From Pseudovirgaria hyperparasitica (taxonomy: Eukaryota): a stretch of DNA of 64,000 nt. The number at the start of each line of letters is the position of its first letter. The first letter of the stretch is position 1. The position numbers and the translations under genes were made by a program. Location of the stretch: NCBI GenBank assembly GCA_010093815.1, contig ML996565.1, one strand, 5' to 3'. Below are positions 1-11,683 of this stretch, piece by piece. Under the pieces are notes generated by a model. The model was not told the origin of the DNA. It made no database searches and saw nothing but the letters and a program-made list of their open reading frames with translations.

Positions 1-426
1 ACCTATATAAGAAGTTAAGATAGATAAAATCTAGTTTATTAGAAAAACGCTTATATAAATCTTAGATCGGTAAATATCGGTAAGTATCTAAGACGAAGCG
101 TAGAGAATAACTAAGGTCTTATAAGACTTAGAATAGGGATATAGAGATAGATAATAATCTAGGTCGCTAAGAGTAGCTTCCTAGAGGGAAGGGATAATTA
201 TTAGGACTTAGCCTTAGGTAGAACCTAATCTATATATACCTTAGCTAATAGGGTTAGGAGGTAACGTAAAGGGCGGTAAATAGTTACGTACTAGATAGAT
301 CGGCGTCTCTTTATATATATACTCTTAGATTCCTACCGAAAGGGTTCGGTAGTAATTCGTTCTATAATAGAATATACCCTATTATTCCATCTAACTACAC
401 TACTATCCAATAACCCTATTCTTATA
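1..426. mobile_element. RIP-degraded repeat, probably the end of a second LTR element inserted into the integrase of the Gypsy element to its right
   Basis: Very AT/TpA-rich. The minus-strand integrase reading of the neighbouring element (..KDITIDFIVNLPLS..SYNLI) stops being recognisable at ~427, exactly where TTCTTATA occurs (consistent with a RIP-mutated LTR end, TTCTTACA). Confidence 0.5.
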
Positions 427-3400
427 AATTAAATTATAACTTATCCTAAGTATCTCGCTTAGGGGTAAGTTAACTATAAAATCTATAGTAATATCTTTCT
501 ATATAAAGAGGGGGACTAGTAGAGACTATAAGTTCCTATATAGCTTATGCCTAGGTGCCTTTATTCTTTGATAAATCGGATAAGTAGCTATCCATTCTTC
601 GACGTACTTAGGTATATCTTTCTAAAAATAGTACTAACGAATCGAGCTTAGGGTATATATATACCCGAAATATCCTACTAGGTTAGCGTTATAGTATCGG
701 CTAACTATAGTAAATTATATATTATCTATTAGTATATAGTACTTTCTATTATAGTAGAGTAAGCCGTCTATAAAGGTCTACTTATAGTCTACTTTAGTCT
801 ATAATAACCTATCTTACTATATTTTATATAACTTTAAAACTATCGGGTCTATCTTTTATAGATCTATAATTAACTAGGTAAGGTCTACTTAATATATACG
901 CTAGGTACTATCGCCCTCTCTAATAGCGCCGATAAATGGCTCGCTAGAGACTTTAGTACCGTATCTTTAGTCACCGGCTTCGGTCTTATAAATTTAATTA
1001 CTATTATCGGTGTTAGTATCTTACTAATCGTTAGATAACTTATTATCTAACCTCGTCCTTAAGAGTTAGGCCTATAGCTACTCTAGGACCCTATAGCTAC
1101 TATAATCCTAGGCACCTTCTTTATAGTTAGGTCTTCTTAATATTCTATTAGCTAGGTTTATACTTCTAGGTTAATAGTAGATTATAAAGTAGAAATTTAT
1201 AAGCTACTTAGTCTATTAAACCTATCGACGATTTAAAACCGTCGTACTTATAAACTCTATTAAGTTATAGTAATTAGTTAGTAACTTAACATTATATATA
1301 GTACCTTTAAGATAATATCGCCACTACTTAAATGACTCTACTATTACTAGTAGCTCTTAGTTATAAATAATATATCTAGTCTTAATATTAGCTATCTTAC
1401 GTAAGAAGAACGTAACTAGATACTATTAGACCTTTTTAGACTCTATTAGTCTAGGCTAGAAGAGTATACCCAAGATTATAAATCCTAATATATTAGTTTT
1501 AACGTAAATAGGTTTAGTTAGATCGAAGTATACTAGTAATAGAGCGGTTATAAATGCTTCTTTAATCTTCTTAAAGGATATTCTTTCGACCTTAGTTAAT
1601 TTAATAGGTTATAATTTAATATTATACTATTTCTATCTACTATAGACCGTAATAGACGAGTTAGTAGTAGTAGTAGTACGCGTATTAAGTAGTGCGGCTA
1701 AACGGGAGAAGTATTTAATAAATTTTCGGTAGTAGTTAGCGAAGCTAATAAAGACACGTATATCTTAAACGGATTTTAGTTTAGGCTAGTCTATAATAGT
1801 AGTAACTCTATCTCTCTCTATGGTTATACCTTAATTAGTAATAACGAAGCTAAGAAAGTTAATATAGTTCTAATGGAACTCGCATTTAGATAGCTTAATA
1901 TATAGCTTATACTTTTCTAGTCTATCTAGAACTATACGTACGTGCTAGATATACTCCTCCTTATTATCTAAGAAGATAAGGATATTATCTAGGTACACGA
2001 TATATGTTATATTAAGTAGGCCTACTAGCGCGTTATTAATATACGCTTAGAAGGTGCCTAGCGCGTTAGTTAGTCTAAAAGGGACCATAGTATACTTAAA
2101 GTATCTATAACGGGTTCTAAAAGCCGTTTTCTATTCGTCGCCTTCCTTAATATAAAGGCGATAGTAGACGTTATATAGATTAAGCTTAGTAAAGATCTTT
2201 ATACGTTCTAGTCTATTAATAGACTTAGAGATAAGAGGTAGTAGATAACGATTCTTTCGCGTGATATTATTTAGACTATAGTAGTTAATATATAGATAGA
2301 GGCTTCTATCCTTCTTCTTTATAAAGAGAATTAGAGCTCCGGCTAGAGATATACTAGGTCTAATCTATTCTCGCGTAAGGTTCTTTTTAATATATTCTCG
2401 AAGGGCTTATAACTTAGGTTCTAAAAGAGGGTAGATAGGTCTATATAGAGGTTACTAGCCGTCTTCGAGATTAATAGTAAGGTCGGTAGATTAGTATTAA
2501 GGTAGTTTAGAGAAATCAATTGCTAACACGATATATTAGTATATTTTATACTAATATAGTAGGTTTTTGTCTACTTTAATACTAAGCTTACTATTTTATA
2601 TAAGTAAGAGTATATAGATAGTAGAGATTGTCTTCTTATAATCTTTCTAGAATTATTCGTCGTCGATAAGCTATACTAGTTTCTATTAAGGGGGGTTTAT
2701 ACGCTAGCTAGCTATCTTCTTAAGGAAGTCTAGTTTTAGGTTATATTTCTTAAGCTATAGTATACCTAGGATTATATTAAAGGGACTATCTACCACGATA
2801 AAGGTTAAGTAGTAGAGTTTCTATTTCCCTCCGCTATCCTAGATACCGTATTTAATAGTATAGATACCGTATAACTTAATAGAACCGTCGATACTATAGA
2901 ATATAGTATCTATTAGAGCTTAGATATTAGCGTTAAGTTCTCGTGCTTATTAGATTAATATAACGTTAGTAGCCGATCTACTATTAAGTATTATAGTCTA
3001 ATATTATCTATAAGGGACCTCGATAGGTCTAGCCTATAGTTTAATATATTATTTAGCGGATTACCTCTCTATTATAGTCGCGTCTATAAGTCGCGAGGGT
3101 TTCTCATAGGCTATTAGTTTTTTATATTCTATACTAGGTAGTTAGGCGCGATGTATCCTAGCTACTAGCACTTATAGTATATAACTAGTTAGTTAGTTAT
3201 ATTAGCACTCGGTAGCTTCCCTAAACGGTACTTAGATACTATATAGCCTATTCTACTATAGGTATAGTAAGTAACTTTAGGTCATTTATACGAGTCGGTA
3301 CTTATATCTTAATATATTAATTAATAGAGAGATCCACGATATAATCCGTATAGTTTTAAATTTAAGGTATAGTAGTAGCCTTATAACGTCCCGTGAGATC

Positions 3401-4740
3401 TATTACTAAATTGGTTTTAGTTAGATAATTTTACGTTAGATTAGATCATTAGAGATAGTTATATACTAGCGCGGCGTTAATTATTTATTATATACTAGTA
3501 TCGCTCCGCGAGGTTTATAAGAGCTTAGAGGTCTATAGAGATTATTATTATAAGATTAAGACGGTCCTTTATATTTAGAGCAAGAGACCGTTTAAAGTTG
3601 TTATACTATTAAATTATATAATCTTCTTCGGCTTCTCTCTAGAGGGGCCGAAGGTATTTAAGAAGTTATAATAGTAACTAATTATCTTATTATCGAGTCT
3701 TAAAGATATAGCCCTAGGCCTAGTCGCGTTATTTAGCCCTATCGCTAAAATATTAGAGGAGAAATTCGGTAAACATATCCTAGTTATAGATATCCTTAGA
3801 ATATTCGATTTAGTATACTATCTAACATTCTAAAGGCGTCGGGTTAAGGTAGTTCTAGGCGAATCTAATTTTATTACTATCGTTCGTGAATAGATAGAAG
3901 AATCAGCTATATTAGTAAGCCTATATATAGAAACTCTTTCTACTTTTACTATTAAAGTAAGGTGGTTTCTTAGATTAGGGTAATTAGGATAGTAGTAGAC
4001 TAGGATAGATTATTTTAGTTAGTATAGGTCTATATAAATATAGATTAGTTATTACTAGAACTAAAGCGTGTAATATAGCTTTAAGTCTCGTAGTACGTCC
4101 TTAAGCTTCATTAAGTTTACGTAGTTATTACTTAAGTTAAATCTATTATTACCTCTCTTCGTATAGTCTAGTATATATATTATTATAAGGTATAGTTAAC
4201 GTTAGGTAATTCTAACGGATTAACTTATTAACGTTAATAAGGTCTAGTCTTATATTAAGGTTAGGTCTAGTATAGTTCGAACTAGACTAAGTGTAAGAAG
4301 GCGGGCTCCACGCACTAACCAACTACACTAAAAGGACCGAATCTTGAAGCTACTACTTCAAGGGTAGAGCACACTACTTATATACGACTACTACACACAT
4401 ATATAATTAACTAGCAGGCCACGTGCTCCTTACGTGCCTAATATTATCCCCCTTTTTAAAGGCGCGTGTCCTTACGTGTTATGGGCATACTACCTTACGA
4501 AAGATAAACTAAACTAGCCGTAACGGGCCTAGTATAAACCATATATACATATAACTAATACTCGTAATACCGCCTCTAGTACTAGACACGCTAACTTACC
4601 GTAGTAACGTTACTACTATATTATCCGTTATATATATAAAGTACACGTAACGTGGCTAGCTAAACGGAATCGTACGAAATTCAATAACGGTTAACTAGAC
4701 CGAGAGTTAAACCCGTGACCCTATAGTAGCTTTAAGATTA
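427..4740 (-). mobile_element. RIP-inactivated Ty3/Gypsy LTR retrotransposon (gag-PR-RT-RH-IN), truncated or interrupted in the integrase
   Basis: Minus-strand degenerate motifs in Gypsy order: gag zinc knuckle YYKC**LGYIAPNY (~3135-3180, from CxxCxxxxHxxxxC); protease ILNSRSATNV (~2960-2995, from LDSG); RT KIFTKLNL..IKEGDE*KTAFRTRY..PFRLTNA (~2060-2200) and VYLDNIL (~1980-2000); integrase Zn domain GYFG..YYF*K..TYPIYQRIKAPRHK (~545-680). Stops are TAA/TAG derived from CAA/CAG/TGG, with TpA excess, i.e. the RIP signature. Confidence 0.92.
4292..4740 (-). repeat. Candidate 5' LTR of the RIPped Gypsy element
   Basis: Starts TGTAAGAAG just outside the gag-side internal region, is non-coding, and ends at the abrupt composition change at ~4740. 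No partner LTR is in the window, so the boundaries are unverified. Confidence 0.5.
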
Positions 4741-5623
4741 TCACCTGCAGATCGCACCTGATGATAGATGGAAGACAGCCTTCCGCCTCCCATGGGGTGT
4801 ATTTGAATTTAACGTCCTTCCATTCGGACTTAAGAACGCACCCGGAGAATTCCAACGATACATGGAAAACGTACTCTCGCCTGTAATTGGAGAGTCAGTC
4901 ACTGTCCACATCGACGACATACTAGTCCACGCCACCACTATGCGGAAATGCGCCGCCCTTGAAAGCAAGGTTCGACAGATCCTCCGTGACCATCAGATCC
5001 TGGTCAACGATGAAAAATCCACCCCTACTAGCTTGGAAGTAGACTATTGTGGTTTCCATTACAGACATGGAACGTGCACACCAATTGGCAAAACCGAGGC
5101 AATCGCGAGCTGGCCAACGCCCACCAATCAAACCTCCCTCCGGACGTTTTTGGGCCAGACGCTTATGTTCAGGGATAACATACCTAGGTACGCGCACATA
5201 GCGCAGCCGTTGTACAGCTCAACAGGAAAAAGTTGGAGATGGACTGCTCAACAAAACCGGGCCTTCCTGGAGCTAAAGAACGCCATGACCCACATTGTCT
5301 CAACAAACAGACACCGACCGAATGAAGACATGACACTTGTCACAGACGCTTCGCTTTTTGCCATCGGCGCTATCGCCTACCAGGATGGACGCGTCATAGC
5401 GGTCTGGTCACGCGCACTAAATCCCGCGGAACGCAACTACTCCGCCAATGAACGGGAACTACTCGCAGTAGTAGACGCGCTAGTCACTTGGCAATACATA
5501 TTTGAAACCTGCCCGACCATTCATGTGAAAACGGACAACATGATCAACGCCCACGAAATTAATCCCTCATCCAGGAACAGAAGGATCAACAGATGGATCC
5601 TAGATACTAGTGTCTGCAGATGA
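4739..5623 (+). mobile_element. Un-RIPped reverse transcriptase/RNase H fragment of a Ty3/Gypsy-like retroelement (5' truncated, no integrase)
   Basis: Open frame from 4739: YHLQIAPDDRWKTAFRLPWGVFEFNVLPFGLKNAPGEFQRYM..VHIDDILV..; RNase H motifs LVTDAS..IGA, AERNYSANERELLAVV, VKTDN, RRINRW. Ordinary GC content, no stops. Confidence 0.9.
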
Positions 5624-7030
5624 AGACCATGCACGCCACGCTTCATACCAGCCAGCAGAAATTCTACCGTGAAAAGGATGTCATCTCCACGGCTCAATAC
5701 GTTATAGACTCGTGAAGTTCTTGAAATCGTGAATTCATGAGCGAACTTACACTTGTTCCCATATCGACCAACCGTAGTCAATTCATTGGATGACGGATGC
5801 AGAATTTGGCCACAGCCTACTGCTAGGTGTCCGGAAGACTTGATCCATTCTCCACCCGTTGCCGGAGCCTCCGGAACACCACACCAGTATCCAGCCACCA
5901 AAATATGCCTGTACAATGTCGGAATTCGTATCCTCGTTTGTACTACGACATGCCTGAGATTGAGCACTCCTCGATATAGACGTTATTGAGCTTGTTGGAT
6001 GACAGAGGGCTGATCCGTCGATGAGAGACATAGAGTTCTGATTTTCGAATTCTATCCCATATACCAGTTTTCAATGCTTGGAGAGTTCGTCAATTGCTCC
6101 CTTGAATCCTGCCAATGACGGTTATTCGTAACCACTTTGGTCTCTTGCTCCTGATTTCTTGCTAAAAAAGAATCACCGAGCCAAGAGGTGTAGAACTTCC
6201 CGTTCCAATCATGTGGATGTCCGCTCAACCGCGCAACGGTCAAGATAGAGGGCGTTTCGATGATGCTCACTAGGTGCTTCTTCAAATGCCTCAATCTCCT
6301 TTGATCTCTTGCCGCCGGACCGCTCTCGCTGAAATTTAGTCGACCAACCAGCCCAACCAACGCCTAGAAGTTTCCCAGCATTGCGTTGATGCAGATTCAT
6401 TCAATACTCACCTGTCCTGTACCTTGACGACTAAAGTGTACACAGGCTTCATGCGAAACAGGTAACAACGTTCGAATTCCAAAGTGGCCAGCTTGGGATC
6501 CTCTGCGAATACGAGACGCAGGTACCCCTGCAAGCCCACCGGGAACAGCAGCGCACTGTTTGTCTCAGAGGACCCAGCCTCGACCCACCGGCCGATGGCG
6601 CAGGCTACGGCAGACTGGCGAATATGACGCTTGGATAAGATTTCCCAAAATGGATGCCCAATCAATATGCACCCCCGAGCACAAAGTATCAGGAAGGCTC
6701 CAGAAGAGCAACGATGGTGGGACCCAGAGCCTTTAGACTTCCATGATCTACAGGTACCATCATATTTTCCACGCTTCTATGCGGTGGTAGCTTCGCCACG
6801 TGCACTAGCATAGGCAAATATATTGAGATTCTTGGTTCTTTCTGGCTGCTCATGAGCAGGGATGAAGTCACTGATCACTTGCCGCAGTTCCTCGAAGCTA
6901 TCGATAATCTCATCCATTTTTGAGATGTGGTATAGGGATCCACATACCAGGTTCAGATGGTACGGTAGCTTGACTCTGGAGAAACCCCCAGGTGTACAAA
7001 TAGAGATGTATCCCAGCTCTCACATCATGC
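5620..7030 (-). pseudogene. Possible decayed gene of unknown family
   Basis: Chain of short protein-like minus-strand frames (MDEIIDSFEELRQVISDFIPAHE.., GHPFWEILSKRH..YLRLVFAEDPKLATLEFERCYL.., LRHLKKHLVSIIE..) broken by stops and frame changes, with a GTGAGT..TAG intron-like segment at ~6411-6364. Confidence 0.3.
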
Positions 7031-7112
7031 TTCTGCACTCAACTCATCAGACACATTCGCTAATCTATACCTCCTCTTAATACCAATTTCATACACTCGT
7101 TCATCAATCAAG

Positions 7113-7841
7113 ATGCAGTACTCTTTCTTCCTCTTCGCTGTTGGCGCTGCCGCTACCGCTGTGAATACTACCCTCAGCGCCGCTGCCCCAGCCTCCTCTA
7201 CCTCTGCCTGCGATGCCGTCTACAACGCCTGCATCCAGCGCTCCCTCCCAAGCCCCAACTTTGCTGTCTGCAACTCCGAGCGTGCCGCTTGCGAATCTGG
7301 TGCCGGTGTGTCGACCTCTATCCCAGGTGGCTGCAACCCAGCGCACGACCCCAAGTGCACTCCTACGCCAGCACCTCCAGCACCAACTGGCAACTTGACC
7401 GCGAAGTGCGACGAGGTGTACAACGCCTGCATCCAGCGCTCCCTCCCAAGCCCCAACTTCGCCGTCTGCAACTCTGAGCGTGCTGCCTGCGAGGGTGGTG
7501 CTGACACCGTCGTTACCACCGTCGTCACCGCTTTCACCACTGTGTGCCCAACCCCGACTACTATGACCTACAACGGTAAAACCTACACCGTTACTGCGTC
7601 CACGACTCTTACTATCACCAACTGCCCTTGCACTATCACCCACCCAGCTGGTCAGCCCGCACCAACCCCGCCTGCTGGCAAGCCAGCCCCTGCACCACCA
7701 GCTGGTACTCCTGCCAGCCATGCCGGTACTGCCACCAAGCCTGCTGGAACTCCTTCAGTGCCGTTCTTCACTGGTGCTGCTGCCCACCCGACTGCCGGTG
7801 CCATGGGTCTTGTTGCCCTCGGTGTTGCCGCTCTTTTGTAA
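7113..7841 (+). CDS. Secreted, probably GPI-anchored cell-wall protein with two Cys4 repeats and a Sed1/Ccw12/CCG-6-like Thr-rich module
   Basis: Signal peptide MQYSFFLFAVGAAATA; duplicated CD(A/E)VYNACIQRSLPSPNFAVCNSERAACE; motif TVVTAFTTVCPTPTTMTYNGKTYTVTASTTLTITNCPCTIT; Pro/Ala/Thr linker; C-terminal FTGAA..hydrophobic GPI signal; strong codon bias. Confidence 0.88.
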   Translation: MQYSFFLFAVGAAATAVNTTLSAAAPASSTSACDAVYNACIQRSLPSPNFAVCNSERAACESGAGVSTSIPGGCNPAHDPKCTPTPAPPAPTGNLTAKCDEVYNACIQRSLPSPNFAVCNSERAACEGGADTVVTTVVTAFTTVCPTPTTMTYNGKTYTVTASTTLTITNCPCTITHPAGQPAPTPPAGKPAPAPPAGTPASHAGTATKPAGTPSVPFFTGAAAHPTAGAMGLVALGVAALL

Positions 7842-9045
7842 ACAAGAGCGCAGTAATTTGAGATGGTAATTTGACGATGATTTATTGAAAGGGGAGAATA
7901 GACGTTGGTAATGCTGAGGAGATTTTGTACTATGCAGTGTCAGAAACGACGGTAGAATGGGGAGAAATGAAAAGACGAGTTACATCGCGATATGACCCTG
8001 CTCACTGCCAATCGTCAAAACGAAATGGCGCACACCATTGATGTGTTCACAACCCATGAATCTTCACAGCCTAATGCCTGATCTAGTTTGTTATCATTTC
8101 AAAACTCTGGCATGGCATTGATTGGATGCAATTTTAGGGCTGCTGTCATTAGCCCATCTGTATTCACGCTCAGAGTATATTTGCTGTGATGAGTGAATTT
8201 CGACTATGCTGAGGAATATGATGTAATACGGCTGTCCACGGCTGTTTGCCGAGACCTCGCCGCGAGTCTTCTTGGATAAGATCAGGAGCCTGATTCCGAA
8301 TACGTCCGATGAATCTTTCCAGACTAGGTGATGAGTATAGTTTCTAATAAGATGCAAATCAAGATTGGCTTCGGAAGCTCGGAAGCAGATACACTGTTTA
8401 ATATCTCTTTGTGCCAGATGGTAGAGTAATTTTGCGCCTCTCGTGTGGTTCGACAATATAGCCGCAGTCACAGGTCCAGCCCTTATTCGTTGGTCGGATC
8501 CATGAAGGGTGTTGCATATGGACAATTCTGCCTGATCCGTACATGTGCCGGGCTCTTATTATTTTCATCTTCGAGTTCACGAAAATTGCCAGCATACTGA
8601 AGGTTATTGGTGGCAAACCTGTTCTTCCTGAGTCGCATTTCCGTCTGGTCTGTGCGCCCTTCTGTCGATTAGATGGGCCAATGTGTGCTTGTTTGCGTGT
8701 CTTGAAATGTGATCTCTTCGTCGTTTTGTGTATCCCACAAGATCGCGTATCGAGGAATACCGTTTCCGAAGAACTTTCGAATACGTAGAATCTCTACATC
8801 GATAGGCCGCACTAAAAGATACGATATACCGGGTATGAAGGTTGCGCTGAGTGCGTTTAGGCTCATATTACTAATATCTCACCCTTGTGGTGGCTATACT
8901 AACTGGCGTATACATACGATATTTCTTGGCAAGTCTCCACTGAGTCAACGAAAGTCGACAAGCAGCGACATATATGAACGAACAGACAAATGCGATCTAG
9001 TAGTCTCAATTACACATACCGAGAATACTATAGGCTTGATTCTAT

Positions 9046-9795
9046 TTATTTCGCCTTTTGCTTCCCACGCATGATCCTTCGTCGCTGCTTCATCATATGT
9101 GTATATAGTATGTATGCGCCTAAAGCTCTAAGATCAGTACAACCTCACATTATCCAAGAGCAAGACGACTTACCGGGGATATAGATTACTAGTACTGCCC
9201 AAAGCGCGAATTCCAGCTTCTGATCAATCTTTTTCGCGGCGCCTCTCCTGATCACCTCGTATATACACCAGCACTCGCTTGTAATTCCGAGAGGGTATAG
9301 AATGAAGAAGGTGTTGTATCTCAACCACGTCAAGGCACCCGGAATGCTCCCAACGAGGTTGAATACGAAGTACGAATACCTTATGACTTCAGTCACAGAC
9401 CACGCAACCAGCATGGATGGATAAGTAGGACTTTGTGCGGTTGCTGACGGGAATGTATACGCGATGCCCCATACAAGAAGAAGTCTTGACGCGACTTGCA
9501 TTAGGGTCGTGAAGAGAGGTGCTCGAACGAGTCCTGTTTTCTATCAGTCCAGGTTCCTTTCGCTCTTTGTTCATGACCAGCTCTGAAGCTTGACAGAGTA
9601 CCTACCGACTAGACTGTGCACAACCTCCAGTAATGCCCCAGTCTGTACCAGTCGCACATATTCATCGAGCTCAGGGAAGACCTTGTCGGGACCAGCGGAG
9701 ATGGCTATTGTTGCGGTGCGTGCGAGGACCACGGTCCAAAGACCGGCGGAGACGAAATTGTACAGAATCAGGTAGGATTTCGTGATGGAGGCCAT
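9046..9795 (-). CDS. PHS1: Very-long-chain 3-hydroxyacyl-CoA dehydratase (PTPLA/HACD family), 3 exons
   Basis: YLILYN, QTGALLEVVHSLVG, MQVASR, AWSVTEVIRYSYF, WLRYNTFFILYPLGITSE, last exon GAYILYTHMMKQRRRIMRGKQKAK*; introns ~9603-9534 and ~9173-9120. Confidence 0.93.
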
Positions 9796-10130
9796 TATGG
9801 GATGTCTAGAAGCCAGACTGAGGCAAGAGAAACCTGATATATATTGTTGGGAGAATGTGAAGCTACAGGGGATGTCTGGCTAGCTTCTAGTAGCGCGGGT
9901 AGGGGTATTCGAGGGGCTTGGCATTATCGTATCAATACCTAGGTATATGCATAAGTGTTCTCTTCTACACCAATCGCCAACAGCTCCAACCAATTGACCT
10001 TGAGTGGACTATGACTCAACTTTAGTGAAACTGACGGCCTACATCGTGGAAAAAATTACATGCGATCGATGCTGTACGACGTCCAAAAATAGTTATCAAT
10101 AAACCGCTTAATCATTCGACACGTATAATA

Positions 10131-10901
10131 TCATCTTCCACCATGCGTCCATTCGTCATAAGTGTCATACCCTATTTTCAGCAAGTTAGAGTCGTCCCAG
10201 TAAGCAGGCACGTTCCTGCCAACGGGGCTCATCATTGCGCGTTCCAACCATCGTGCAAACTTCCTCTCGACACTCCCCGTTACATAAGCCTTCTTAACAG
10301 CTCTGACATTCGCGAACAGTTTCAGAACTGTGTAGTCACAGCTAGCATACTGAGCCTCCCAGACCTCGATGCATAATTCATCCATACCTGTAAATGCTTT
10401 TGTTACCTTTTCCTCGTCGAAGCGCGGCTCTATGTCCAAACGAAGGCAAATCCACCATCGACCAATCTTATCAGCTGCTGCCTTTTGGTATATGGGCCGG
10501 GACGGATCGAGGAGGTAGGGGCATTGTGTGAGGAGAGATTGGTGCGCTCCAAAGACGTGATTCGTGTATAAGATGTCGGTGGCCTCGTCACGGGCTTGTT
10601 TGCATGTCGCAAGTATGTTTGGATGAATATCAAGGCCAGGGAGGACATATGAGGATCGCCAACCGCGAGCGCGCTCCCGTCGATCGTCTTCGAGACGCTG
10701 GTGGGTGGTCGTGAGCAGATAAAAGTATATCTTATTGCGTAGCTCTGCGGGTAAAGTAAATAGTGGTGATCGGGTTTGATCAGCTAGGTGATAGACTTTG
10801 ACAGAAGAGGCTATCGGAGTTGAGAATGAATAAAACGGATGTGCCGGTCTACGGAGAGGCCAACCCGAGCTGGTCACAGTCTGGGTCATCGTAGCAGCCA
10901 T
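10131..10901 (-). CDS. Conserved fungal hypothetical protein with F-box-like N-terminal motif
   Basis: 256-aa ORF with SPLFTLPAELRNKIY and ILATCKQARDEATDILY motifs, typical of Pezizomycotina F-box-like proteins. Confidence 0.75.
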   Translation of the reverse strand: MAATMTQTVTSSGWPLRRPAHPFYSFSTPIASSVKVYHLADQTRSPLFTLPAELRNKIYFYLLTTTHQRLEDDRRERARGWRSSYVLPGLDIHPNILATCKQARDEATDILYTNHVFGAHQSLLTQCPYLLDPSRPIYQKAAADKIGRWWICLRLDIEPRFDEEKVTKAFTGMDELCIEVWEAQYASCDYTVLKLFANVRAVKKAYVTGSVERKFARWLERAMMSPVGRNVPAYWDDSNLLKIGYDTYDEWTHGGR

Positions 10902-11683
10902 AGTGTATTATTTGCAACCTTTGAGACCGCAGAACGCCCGACTGAATTTGACCTGGACGACCGATGTAGGAAGTGAGCAGTGCCAGCGCTTATCGTTCAT
11001 GTATCAAGTCCCGCACGTATTGACTTCATGTAGTGCATAGTCGCATAAAAGGCGTTAGGTACGAACCAAGAGTCTGAATGCTTACCCGTTTCATCCATCG
11101 CCCAATCGGGTGGTGATTGTGGATGTAAGCTAAGCTTCCAGCCTATGGAGCCTCGGAGCACTTATCGATGATCTTGCGACGGTGATACAGTTTCACTAGC
11201 ATCTATGATCTGAAGTATTTAGGGCAACAGCTATATCATCTATTATCAGGTCACACATGAGCGATGCTAGAGTCCATACTTCAGATATGAATCAACATTA
11301 TGGGCGTTTTCCTTGCTTAGACATCCTGTCATAACCTGAAATCTGTTCAGAAGTTGTCTACGGGTGGGTGTAACATAGACTTAGAGAGCCGTGTTGAGCA
11401 TTGGCTCTTGAGATACGAAAGACCAAAGATAACAAGCATGAAAACCTAGCATTCATAAAGAAGATAACATGTTGATGGCATGTCAAAATCATGTTCAAAA
11501 AATAACTTATAATGAATTAGATCGAGAGCTAATTAATGAGCATTGGAGTTGGCCCGCTTTAGGAAAAGTCTTGCGCTAGCTAGAAGCAGCTTCGGCGAAA
11601 TATTTCTCCGCAGAACTCGAGATTACCTAGTCGAGCTGCGCGTGTTAGAAGAGCGACAACCCAAAATAATCTCAGCAGTGATC

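Noticed and set aside
7900..9040. Several 65-143 aa ORFs between the GPI protein and PHS1
   Set aside because: No recognisable motifs, codon bias or consistent splice structure.
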